Positions 24,906 to 37,209 of a stretch of DNA of 64,000 nt are shown one piece after another. The translations under genes were made by a program, and so were the position numbers. Numbering within the stretch: position 1 is the first letter of the stretch; every line of letters starts with the position of its first letter. Below the pieces are notes generated by a model. That model made no database searches. It was not told the DNA's origin and worked only from the letters and a program-made list of their open reading frames with translations. The DNA comes from Camelus ferus. Lineage: Eukaryota. The stretch is from positions 51,648,001 through 51,712,000 of the forward strand of contig NC_045696.1 of the NCBI RefSeq assembly GCF_009834535.1, read 5' to 3'.

Positions 24906-27004
24906 CTCAGAGCTCATAGGAGCCTTGACTTCTCTCAGAACAGTGGGGTTTTAAACTTACTTACTCTACTTTCATAACCATACCTGTTAGGGCCTTGGCT
25001 ACCCAAGATAGAAACTTGTTTTTACATTTGAAAAAGATACTGTGGCATATTTTTTTGTGAGACAGACCCTCTGCAATCATCCTGGGTTTGATTATTCACT
25101 GGGTAAACCTACAGCTTTTTTTTTCTTTTCTCCTCTCTCCCAGGAAGAAAGTTTGCTTTTTAGAGTTCACATCACATTTGTGACCAAAGATAAAGAAATG
25201 GGGGGTTGGGTCGGTACAGCTGTCTCAGGACGTGGCTGATTCTATGCAGAGGAGTCTCACTCAGAGGGGACAGCCACCTACTGTAGGCAAGAAGCATAAA
25301 CCCCCTTGTTAATGAGGTACATTTCAATTTCCAACACTTCTTCTGAGATGCAAACATCCCGTAGGGGGGTTAAGCCATTCATGCCTGGATGCTCTAATCA
25401 CTTCAACCCCAAGAGGGTTACCTCAGTGTAAAGTAGTTTTGAATTGGAGCTGGGGGAAGGGATAGGGATAATTTTGGAATAGGGGAGGTTGAGGGGAAAA
25501 TAAAATCAGAGAAACAGAAGGACCCTGGGCCCTGGAGGCAGAGGAAAGAAGGAAGGGAGTGGTCGTGACTGAAAGGGACTCAATTTCTTTAGTACTTTTT
25601 CCTTTGGGTCTTGTCAGGAGCTAGTGAACCATTGAGAAATCCCTTGGGAGGCGCCACGGGCTCTGAGTAATGCTTTGGACCCTTCTGCCATGCCGTGGTT
25701 GTGCTATCGCTAGACAGGAAGTCAGCACCAATTTGAAGACTTGTAAACTTCAGCTACCTGGTTCAGGCAAATAAAGGTTATTCTAATCTCCTATGATTTA
25801 AACTCACAGAGACTGCAGTCTGGCCCCTCTCCATCAGATTCCTCCTGCCTTCCTTCCTTTCATGGGGGAGGGAGGGCAGAGGTGTGGGAGAGCGGGGGAG
25901 GGGCCGAGGAAGGGGCGGGCCTTCCTGAGATTGCACGGTGAGCGAGGCTTTGTGTCGGATGAGCCTCTTTCTCTGGACCCTCCCGGCAGCCTTACCCTGT
26001 TAAGTGGTTAGAAGTATTTCATAGGTTCAGAATGCTAACTTGCTTGACCATTCAGGTTTCTTCTCCCCGCTCCTAGTTCCTCTGCAATAATTCCTCTTGG
26101 TGATGGGTGCTTAGAAACTGGTTTACAGACCGGTCATCTAGAATGTATCTTTTGGGAATGTTGAGGATGGCCTGAGTCATCAAAGGCATATCTGGCTGGG
26201 AGTCAGGAGCCTTGCTTTCGTCTGGTTAAGACTTCGCCTTAACAAACTGTCACTGAGGGCAGATCCAGGCACCTCTATGGGGTCTAATCATGACCTTACA
26301 ATCCTGTCATCCACACTCATTGAGGTTGTTGCAGGGGTGTGAATGTACAAAATTCAGCAAGAATCATTTTCATTAGGTCATATGGAGATTAAAGAGAGGA
26401 ACTCCCTCCTCCTAACACCATTTTGGGGTAAGAAGGTTGCTGGGAGCTGAAGGCAGAAAGGAAAGGCGAGAAGGATGTGGAACACACAGCCAGCAGCAGC
26501 AATGGTGGGAGCCTGAGAGGAACGGGAGCCCAGGGCCAGAGCCAGGAGATGAAATCGTTTTTAGAGTTCACTGATGTGTTTGATCTCATAATGGTTGGTA
26601 AGTCCTAGTCTAAAATTACCCAAATGTATATTCTTTTTAATAGCTCAACATATGGTTGAAGCCTATTTTATAAACTTTTCAATAATGGGCAAAGACTTCT
26701 CTACGACAACTATTTCTCCCAAGGATTAACCTCTAGCAAAAAAAAAAAAAAAAAAAAAAAATTGTCTGAGACCACTACAGAGTTTCTGATTACAGAACAG
26801 GAGCTTCTTGACGATAATCATCTCGAGGTGTTCAGAGGGAGGAAGGAGAGATGAGTTATTCTAAACCATATTGTACGGACAGAAATCTTCAGCGTTTACA
26901 CAGGCATTAGCTTCTGAGGAATCGAAAAAGAGGATCATTTTCAGTAAGAGAAGATAAGTGACTGATCCCTTCAGTTGGGATGCCAGGAAAAGATAAATTC
27001 CAGG

Positions 27005-27186
27005 CAGGACCGGCCGGCTACAGCGTCTGTGGGGCACAAGGCAATATGAAAATGCGGGGCTCTTTACTTAAAAAATCATTAAAAATTTCAAGACAGCAAC
27101 GGCAGAACATTAAATCAAACCCAGGGCCCTTTGAAGCACAGGGCTTGGTGTGAATGCATGGGTGGTACAGCTGGGACGTGGCCCTC
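27005..27186 (-). mobile_element. MER45A-like hAT (Tip100) non-autonomous DNA transposon, near full length
   Basis: ggccggctaca..tgaaaatgcggggctc..aaatttcaagacagcaacggcagaacattaaatcaa..gggccctt matches MER45A, with degenerate cagggcc-type termini. Confidence 0.85.
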
Positions 27187-30100
27187 ATTCTAGTGCATTG
27201 TTTTCACCAAAGCATTCCAGTCCCATAGTCACCTAAATTGAGAAAGATGCACCACCACTCTCAAAACTCTCAGTTAACCCTGTCTTCTTAGGGTAAGAAC
27301 GCAAGTGGATTCTGCAGCAACGGTCAGAAAAATCTGGGGTCTGCCAAGATGTCTGATAGATTTCAATTGTGCTGGCTTCTGCTACATTTGTTACAGCCAC
27401 CAATCCCCACTTCTGTCACAACCTAAAGATGCCCAGGATATCAATGTCTGGGAATTGAAGCATATTTTTTTAAAACACAAATTTCCCTGAAGAAAAAAAC
27501 CAAAACAAAACAACAAAACAAGCAGAAGTTACTAAAGAAACTGAATTTCCTGGATATAAGTCCTATCCCTGACTTCTTTCTGGCCTTACCTTGAGCAGGT
27601 CCTGGGCATGTGCACACAGGCTCAGAAACACAGGTGAATTACCACAATAACTCTTTTCAGTTTGGGGAAAAAATAGAGGAAACAGGAGAACCTGGTCTTA
27701 GCCCAGCAGAAACGCACTCGGTTCACTAACAGTTTGCTTGCTCCCTCTCTCTCCTCTTATTATGCTAAGTTAGAGCTATGACTTCACTCTCCATGGAAGC
27801 TAAGTTTCTCTTTCCTGGATGCTTGGAATGGACCCGAGAAAAGCTATTAGAGGGTAACGGTCATGTCTAAAAAATCACATTTATTTATCTTCACCTGCTC
27901 TTCTCATGTCATTATCATTCCACTGAGGTCTGGATATAGAATGCAGAGATTAAATAGCCCAGATGAACATCAAAAGAATAACAGCAGTACCGAAGAGATG
28001 AATGCAGCCTCTTTCCCAGTGATCTTAGGGGCTTTATATATACTGAGCCTGATTCTCCTTGGGACGGACCAGTGGCCTGGGCAGATGCCTAGGATGTTTG
28101 TGTAGGTTGATGCTGTCCTCCCCTTACTATATATCTCTGTCCCACTTTCCAAAAAAAAAAAAAAAAAAAAAAGTCTAATATACAGAGCCAGTTCACTCCT
28201 GCAGCCAGAATTAAACTCTGATAGTAGATCTTGATTTAGGATTTTTTTTAAGCTATCTATTGGCAAAACTAATCTTTCATTTTGCTTAATAGGTTTGTAC
28301 TGCCTAGAGTCAGGCCACGAGGGGCCATAAGTCGATGGAAATGTGTTTGAATCTCTATAGTCATGCTTAAATTTCAAGAAGTCTTCCATTCACAGAGCTG
28401 ATATAGGCTCAGTCATCATTTTCAAGTGTTTTAACAATTGATAATTAGCAGAGGAGGTCTTAAAATTAAAATTAAAAAATGATCCTCACAACAGTTGCAT
28501 ATATAAAATCCTGATTCATTTATTTTTAAATCTTTTTCCCCTGCTGTGAACAGATAGCTATAATATATACATTTATATACGTGTGCACAATCAGCCTTAG
28601 CAATACTGCTGTGAAGGAGATTAGGATAGACGGTTTTCTATTTATTTGACAAATACACTATTACATAGACAGGTTAAGTGATCTGTCCTGTAAGGAAGGT
28701 AGAGCTGGAAAAAAAACCTGTCACCTCTACTCTCAGGTTAGACCATGCTGGAATTGGGTAGCCATTATTGTTTTTGAGCGAGCTGATCTCAATATTTGGC
28801 AAGGCAATTTTCCTGAAGAAAGAATCTACACTTGCTGTTTTTCCCTTGGTACTTTCCTTCACCCTCTCTCTTCCTCCCCTCTGAGATTACTATAAACTAT
28901 TGATAAATGTGGCTGCTCTAAGTTTATGCTTGCTCTTCATGGGTTCTGATGGATTTTAGCTCTTAAGAGAGCGTAAGAAGAAAAAATCTTCTCTGAAATG
29001 TAATGCTGATAAATAATGCTGGAACAGTTGGTTTGAGTTAATGTCACTATAATAGTTGATCCTGGTATAAGTGAGGTCTTGGACTCCCCTTTCATAAGAG
29101 CTAGTCTATTGGCTCTGAAGTGACCTAACCCCAACAAGGAGCAAAGGCTTCTCTGAGGCAGAACTCACTCATCAACACCCACCTGCTCTCCTGGGATCTC
29201 AGGCAGGGGCCAGTCCTTTCTCCTGCACCTTCCTGTGAACTGCTGCACCTCTCTACTGTACATTAGGGCTACACCCTCTGAGTTCTCAACCTTAGTAGTC
29301 TTCCTCTATTTTGGTACATATTTGCATGATGCTTACTGGGATACATTTAATAAAAAATAGGAAAGACTATTTTGGTATTATTTTAATTCTTTATTATCTA
29401 TTTTGTTAATTATTTGTGTGACTAAAAAAAATCCTCAGTATCTTGCCTAGATTGTCATGCTTCTGGTTATGTTTTCCAATGTTATCTGGTAAATACTTAG
29501 GAAATACAATTTTATTTGAATAAATCCTAAACAAAACATAATTGTGAAAGAAAACCAACAGGGAAAACCATATAATACATTTTGAAACTGAGTGTAATAA
29601 TAGCTACTTAATTCTGAAATATCTGCCAGTCTTACTCCTTTATATTAGAAGGTAAAGTTGCCAACAAATTAGTTACCCATACTAATTTTTTAAAATGAAG
29701 GGACAAAATTATACGTTTTTTTTCCCCCTGATGTTAAGAACTGTAACCCCTGCAGCATAATAGCACCTGAGCAGCATCTGCGATGTGAAACTGGCTTCAG
29801 TGATTTCTCTTAAAGGAGACTGCACTGCTATTACCGTCAAGAAAGCTGCTTCTGCTTAGGACCCAGACTCCACGAGGAATGTCCCGGTTCCCTACAGAAC
29901 CCGGCTGGCTGTCATCCCATCAGGTATCCAGTCTGCAGTTGCCACTCAGACTTGCAGAGCGTGTGTTTGGGGACGACACACAGAGGAATACGAAAGGATA
30001 CAGAGCGCTGTTGTACCAGTACATTTATTGTAAGGAACTAGTTATGCTGCAACTGCTTTGCTCTTTTATATTCTAGGCAACACACTGGTGAGTATAATTC

Positions 30101-31984
30101 ATAATGAACATATTCAACATTTTTTCCATCAGTTCAATACATTATTCATAAATATTAGAGATGGAAAAGACCTAGTAGATTACTGAGTCCAAACCTCCTT
30201 TCTGCACTGCCCTTTCCCCTCACTGTTGATGCTAGCTCAAAAACCAAAACCAAACAGATCACACAAGGAAAGCAACAACTTCACAAGTTTTACGAGCAAA
30301 AAAGAAAGCGCCGAAGAAGCCTGTACTGAGGGTGGGGAAGTCCGAGGTCTTCCCTTCCTGCTGGTGGAGCTCAGGGAAGACTAAAAGTATGGTGGCTCTT
30401 TGCTGTGAAGAGAAGCCATGGGAGAAAAAAGCCAGCTTCTCCTCTTGAGATTCACAGTTCAAGGTAAAGCCCAAGAGGCGATCCCATGTCCTTGGTCAAG
30501 GGCTCCCTATCTGTCTCTACAACCTGGTATGGATGCAGGCATTCTTCTCTCCTGTTAGAACTTGAGATACTGATGATAATGATAAACAGCAAAAGAAGAA
30601 ATGAATAGAGAGTTAAAACTACTAGCAAATGCTCCCTGGGATTATCTGTACTATCAAGATAGGAAAACTTTGCAGATGCTACTGTCTCTCTAGAGGAATA
30701 AATGCTTACATTTTAATATTCTCAGCAGCTGGTTCCTGTTGAATGCCATCAGGATGATTCAGCCACCCACCAGGAACACCAGGAACAGCAAGTGCACACG
30801 GAGCAATCTGTAAAACTTTCTTCTCTTGATGCCAACACTATTACTCTGGCAAAGTCAGAACTCTTTACTGAATTACCAGTTCTACTGACTATGACCTCGT
30901 TCCCCTCACAAATACCAGCTCACTCTCAAATAAATGACTAAGATGCAACATTCTTCCTGATTTGAGCACATCCTGCCGTCAGACTCTCTTCAACCATGGT
31001 TTTAATTTTCTCACTATTCACTGTGAGCCCGAAGGGCCAGCAAGATCCATATACACCCTGAGTCTGCCTTGTATGCCTCCTGCCTCCAACCGACCCTGTG
31101 CACTGATTGCTATATCTCTACCCTGACATGCCTCAAGTTATTTGATCACTTCCAATTTTTAGAACTTTCCCATTTCCATAGAATGGGGTTGTGTGCCAGG
31201 TAAACAAAAATGTGTAGATGAATTGCATTGACCATAGACCTCATTAAGACAGAATTGCCGTGCCATACTCGAGTTGGCTAAAAAAATCCTATACTTGCCC
31301 CGGTCTTCAAACAGATCAGATCAGGCACTAAACGGAAGAAATGCCAAAGATGACAGCTAGCTATCAAAAATGTCTCACTGCCTCATTTTCAGGTCCCCAA
31401 AGTAAAATCTAAGGACATTCAACACAGATTCAGGTGCTTTCAACAGCCATGAAAATATATGGCTGGAGAGGGAATCTATAAATGTAATGAATACACAATT
31501 GGCTTATAACAGATGCAAGTAAAATTAAATTCGATATCTTGACCTGCTCTCCAAAGTGAAAGTTTCTAGTTCAGGCTACAGACAGAGGTATAACAAGCTC
31601 ATTAATCACATGAACCAGAATTACAAGCTGACACTTCTGGGAATGTTGCAAAGAGCAACCCTAAGTGGCTGGGGGCCTGTGGGGAACCTGAAAAGGGAGG
31701 TGGCACTGACAGTCTACAGTGAGCAGTACTGATGCCTTTCATGGTATACACAGGTTGGCCAGGGCTGACTATTCTAAACTTCCAGGAAAGAACTAACGGA
31801 TTTTTGTAAGGAAGTAATAAGACCTATGAACTTGCATGGAAAGATTCAATATATTCTTATTCAGCTCCTGTTACGTAAAAGTCATTTTGTTTGTTGCTTG
31901 AGGAGACACTGAACTCAGTGGAGATCAGTCTGTGAGCTCAAGAGGAATATTGTTGGGAAAGACCTAATGGAAAGGGAATACTAG

Positions 31985-32175
31985 TAACTGTAGTAGTAAC
32001 AACGACAACGATACTGAGTGGTGACCATGTGCTAGTCATGGTGCTAACAAGAACTTTATATACTCCATTTCAGGAATTCTTACAATATCCCAGCAAGGCA
32101 GTTATCATTTTCCTATTTACAGATGTGGAAAGTGAGGCCTAGTGAACTTAAGGGCATTGCCCCAAATTGTATAGA
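31985..32175 (-). mobile_element. MIR SINE
   Basis: tactgagtggtgaccatgtgctag..cctatttacagatgtggaaagtgaggcct. Confidence 0.8.
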
Positions 32176-32477
32176 CCTGCTCCTTGCGTTACAAATAAAC
32201 ACACAAATGGCTAATCTAAAGATCAAGTATTGTAGAAATAAAGAAGGCAGAATTTGCTTCTATTTAGGAACACCAGGGGAAAAGGAACAGGGGTGTGGAA
32301 ATGTGATGTGCACTTAGGAAGCAAGGAGTAGGCCAGTTAAAGTGTGTTTAACCGTGTTGACTCAGCATCCTCTGATTAGAACTCAAATTTTGATAAGACA
32401 GATACACTGATCTTTACAGAAAGATTTCTAAGGAGAAGGATGTCTTTCCAAAGGATTTCCTGATTACAATTTCTCAA

Positions 32478-32561
32478 ATTTCTTTCCTTTGCCTTGCCTT
32501 GCCTTTCTCTTTCCTTTCCTTTCTTTTCTCTCTTTCTTCTCTTCTCTTTTCTTTTCTTTTT
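32478..32561. repeat. CT-rich low-complexity tract
   Basis: (CCTTG)n, (CCTTT)n and (CTTTT)n units. Confidence 0.9.
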
Positions 32562-35500
32562 AGAGGGCAGAGGGATGAGGAGAAATGAGATACGAGGTTA
32601 CCCGGATGGGATATGAGGATGGCATGAGGGGAACAATGTGATCAGCAGAGGATGTCCAGGGAGTGCCGATGTGAGCGCATTTTCTTTCATTGCCCAGAAT
32701 GCCTTGTCCTTCCCACATGTGTCTGCCCCTGCCCCATCTACAGTAGGGTTATTGGTACAGAAATAGGCACCTTAAGGGCTCTGTTACTTTGCTCTCGTCC
32801 TTAATGACTTCTGGAATACCACTCACTTTTTATTTTTATAAATCTGTTTTACCGATCAGGCTTGTAGTAGCTAGAAAACGAGTTCTAGTACAATTTGCCT
32901 TTTTTCCTCTTGAGAAAAGTTTGTCCCTTCTCTGTTTAAGTTTTCTTATTACCCAAACAGCATTTCTTATTCTGTTAAACACTCTGCCCCTTTAATGAAA
33001 ATAAAACATGTGCTTTTCTGAATCTTCTCCACTCTTCTCTATTTAGAACCCCTGGTGCAGAGAATCCAGTGTATAGCACCCCTAGTCAAGATGAATTTGT
33101 TTTTTAAGCTTTTAAAAAAATTATGTTTTCCAAATATATAATATTATAAAATCATTATAATATATAAAATACATATTTAAAAAAATTCTACATGGTCCTG
33201 CACCAGATGTTCAATATTCCTTCCTGGAGAGTTTGCTAACCCACTCACCCTTATTGAGCTATCTAAGGCTCCTTCAAGCTCTAAGATGCGATGATTATGA
33301 TTCTTATGATGCTGACATTTGCTCTGTTGACTCTTAAAGCAGAGCTTTTCAACTTCAAACAATAGCATAACAAGTTGCTGTAACAATTACACTTATATGA
33401 ATCTTTAAGCAGATGTGCACAATAGCTCTTTACAACCATTATCACACTGGACAGCCAAAGCTTAGGAGGTTCTTAAAATTCTATGTGAAAGTGAATTCTG
33501 CAGTTGATTAAATCCTATAGGGAAAAGTCTGGCCTTTCTATCTACTTTTAAAATTGATTGACTTTTTTTTTGGGTAGCTGTTAATTTTGCAGCTAGCCAC
33601 GAGCTTTAAGCATGTCCAGTAACTTTAATCATTAGCCCCTACTCTGTCAGGGCTCCTGTGTCTCGCCCTCCTGACCTTGCCCACTGAGTTCAGTCTTCCT
33701 GATGTAATCACACATGCTCCTTTGTAGTAACATTCGTCACACTGCTCATTAGAATTATCATCATTCCTACTGCACCTTAGGTCAACGGCATTAAATGTGC
33801 TTATGCAATTTGTTGTCATTTAAATTCTTCAGCCAGGATTTCTTCATCCAGAAGGACAATTTCATTTTATCTGATCAATAAATAACTAGCCAGTCGGATG
33901 ACTCTGGAAAGGTTGGTAGAAAATCGTTCATTGGAGCAAAATCTTAAGTCTAGAGAGGTTTTTGTGAGCTTGGATGGTGGCATTTTGCTGACCTTGAATC
34001 CATAGTTTCAAAATCTGTCAACTTAACTCTTTCAATCTAGTAAAGCAATAAGGATAAAATATGTGTGATTTATATTTATGCGTGTGTTGAACTTAATATA
34101 TTTGTCAAGAGTCGAGGTATTTTTAAAATATTCAGTCTGTTCCACAGTGACTAATTCACTGACTTTCAGGTATACCTTAAAATATTCTTTTCACTGTGGC
34201 TTAAATCTATTTTTTTTTTTTTTAACTAAATATGAAGTGGCAATGTAGTTCACGGTGACATTCTGTACACTCCTTAACTTTTGCTCTTTCTATGGTCAGG
34301 GTATGTACAAATAAATAAATCTACAATAGGTTGTCTAGAAATTTTTGTTTGGCTACACTTTGAAAACATAGCTTAAATAGTTGAAAGCTTGGCATCTCAT
34401 CATGTTTTTATATTATAAGGCTTACAATGCCACCTTATAGAAGATATATTCATTTATTTCCATGTTCAATCAAAAGTGTAGGGTTTCAGGTCTAAGAATG
34501 GATTACAGATCACTCTCTCCTGGTTATTTTTGGCTTTAAGTATATTGATCATTTTATCATTTTCTTGTTCTAAACTGCTCTAAACACAGCACAAATGTTA
34601 TTCTCATCATGCCAGAAATGGGTTTGGAATTGATTTTGAGTTTCCATCAATTTTACTCTTTGCTCTCTGTGAGAAGTTTTTCACTTACTTAAATTCAAAA
34701 GGAGAGTTTTGTTGAAAAGATGTCAGAGTACAACATTTAGAGATCCTTAGCTGGACAAGGAAACTCACATTTTCTACTCTACAAAAGAATAAAAATCATT
34801 GAATTTATTACCATGGGCTTTATTGAAATTAGTGGAGAATCATTCAGACGAATGCAATTTCAAGGGCTTCTTCCCTCTTTCTCTCCATGTAAGTGTTTGA
34901 CAAAAGCATGTATCTTCTGAGAAGCTGGCCTGATTGGTCCAGGTTGGCACTGTTTCAGTGTTTGGCCTACGGCGGCTGCTTAGGAATAATTTTGTCTCAT
35001 CCTCTCTATTTTCCTGGACCGTATCGGACTCAGACACGTGGTATGCAAAGGAAATCCAAGTCCCTTAAAAATGCTATTTCTTTTGGTAATAAAGCGAAGC
35101 CCAGTTCTACTTTGGCCAAATGATCTTATCAAGATTTAACAAGAGATATTTAGTAATATCTCCAATCTGGGAGAAGGCATTCCACTAAGAAAGATAATTC
35201 ATTATATACAGAATACATATATTTTCCCTTCTGGTACCAGGTAGCGACATCACCAAATTTTCTCTATTGGTACTGAGAATAATACATAACACCGACACAA
35301 ATTTTATGGCAATTATTCATTTCAATTAATTTAAAAAGAAATAAACAAGTAGTTCTTTCCACATTAGAAGAGATACTGGAGATCTATTTTCAGTTATTGC
35401 CGAAAATATTTTGGCTTCCCTAACGGCACCTTCCTAACACAGCTGTTGTGCCCTCCTCTGCGCTGTCACAATGCAGAGTTAGTAACATTTCAGCCAGGTT

Positions 35501-37169
35501 CTCCAGACTAATTGGATGAAACAATTGCATGACAGTATTAAGATTCCTTTGCAGAATTAAATGAGAGGAGATCTGCACAGTTCAGATAGCCTGGAAGATT
35601 TGCAAGGAATACAGCCCAAATCCTACATGTTCCATACATTTTTCTACCTTTACAGTAATAATCGGTTGTATAGTAAGTGCTAGGATTTGACGACACACTT
35701 AAGAACATCAACAAACATAGGGAGAAATGGAGATTAGGTAAACTTCACTTCCCACCCCGGCCGTCCTTCTCTCCTGTGCTGTTTTCTGTTTCAGAGTGAA
35801 ATGCTCCATCTCTTTTAAAAAGTGCCAGGAAATCTCTTCTCTAGCAATCTAGACCCTTGATTTTACATGTGTCGTATGACACACCTTGAAAGAGAGAGTG
35901 CTACAAACCAGAGTGGGACGATAATTTAAATACAGACTTAGGGGGAAGAGCTCCATCTACTGAATCAGTTAGATCATAGTTTGCACCCTATAGTTATCCC
36001 ATTCACTACTTTCAACCTCTTAGAGGCTCTGGGGAGAATAGAAAAGTTACAGACTCAAAACCAGCTTTGAGTCTGATGCCATTTTGAATACTTCCCAGAT
36101 ACCCTGAGCCCTTTTCCTGTGCCCTTCCCAATCTCCAACGCTTTCCATGTTTCAATATACAAGAAAAATGGGATGCTCTGCTGTATAAATCATCCCTGGA
36201 AAGAGGCAGAAAGCCTTTGGTAATTGAAGGAAAAGCCCCAAGTAGCTGAAGGGAAAACAACGGAAAAGAAATCGCTCTACCTGACCGGTTGGCAGCCCAG
36301 GTCAGAAGCAAAGGGAAGAGCAGCCTACTTCCTCCTCCTGCCCTGCATCATTGCTGCGGAAGCCTGCAGCCACCCAGGAGCAGCTCTTCTGGGCTCTCCC
36401 CAGCTGCACAGTGTTGTTGTGGCATTGGGAATTTGCTGTGGCTTCGTAAGATTATGGGGATATGCTTCAGCAAGCCAAAAAAGTCACAAACAAAATTCAG
36501 GAGAGAAAAAAAAAAAGTACAAAACCAGCTGATCCTACTGGAGAAGCTCTTGGCATTTTCCTGCATATGCCACAATTCTCTTTGGTATTTCCTGGTTCTA
36601 TGATCAGAAAATTTATCATATCATGTTTATGATTGTTGTTTTTGCGGGATCGCTGGTGGTGAGAGGTGGTACAGTGAGCACAAACAGACAGACCCGGGAG
36701 GCCATGGCAAAGATAACTTCCCTTACTGATTTGAAAGCTTTTCAGGAGATCGCAAGGTTAGAAAGTTTCTTCTTCAGAATATTGAAGACATATAGAAATC
36801 ACATATAGGAAACAAGAGCCATAGCCTTTCTAGACTGGGAAAGTAAAAAAAAAACTTTTTAACACAGTAACAGATATGGAACAAAGCAAATCATATCTGA
36901 ATCAACCTGAATGGTAACATAGCTGCATAAAATTCAGGACTGTGTAAGACTTATAAAAATACTTTATAAGTTAACATAAATTATTAGAATACAAATAGAC
37001 ATTTATAAGTATATGCATATGTTAAATAATCAGGAGGCAACAGTTAATTGGATTTTTAAGTTACAGAAAAATAATAAATACAGTAAATTAATAAAAGTTT
37101 GCATTAATGTTAATCCTCTTTCATGCAAAAATAGAATTAATATAAATGTAAAGTGAAGCTGTGTCTCCA

Positions 37170-37209
37170 TATGTGTGTGTATGTGTATATATATATATAT
37201 ATGTATATC
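37170..37209. repeat. (TG)n(TA)n compound microsatellite
   Basis: atgtgtgtgtatgtgtatatatatatatatatgtatat. Confidence 0.85.
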
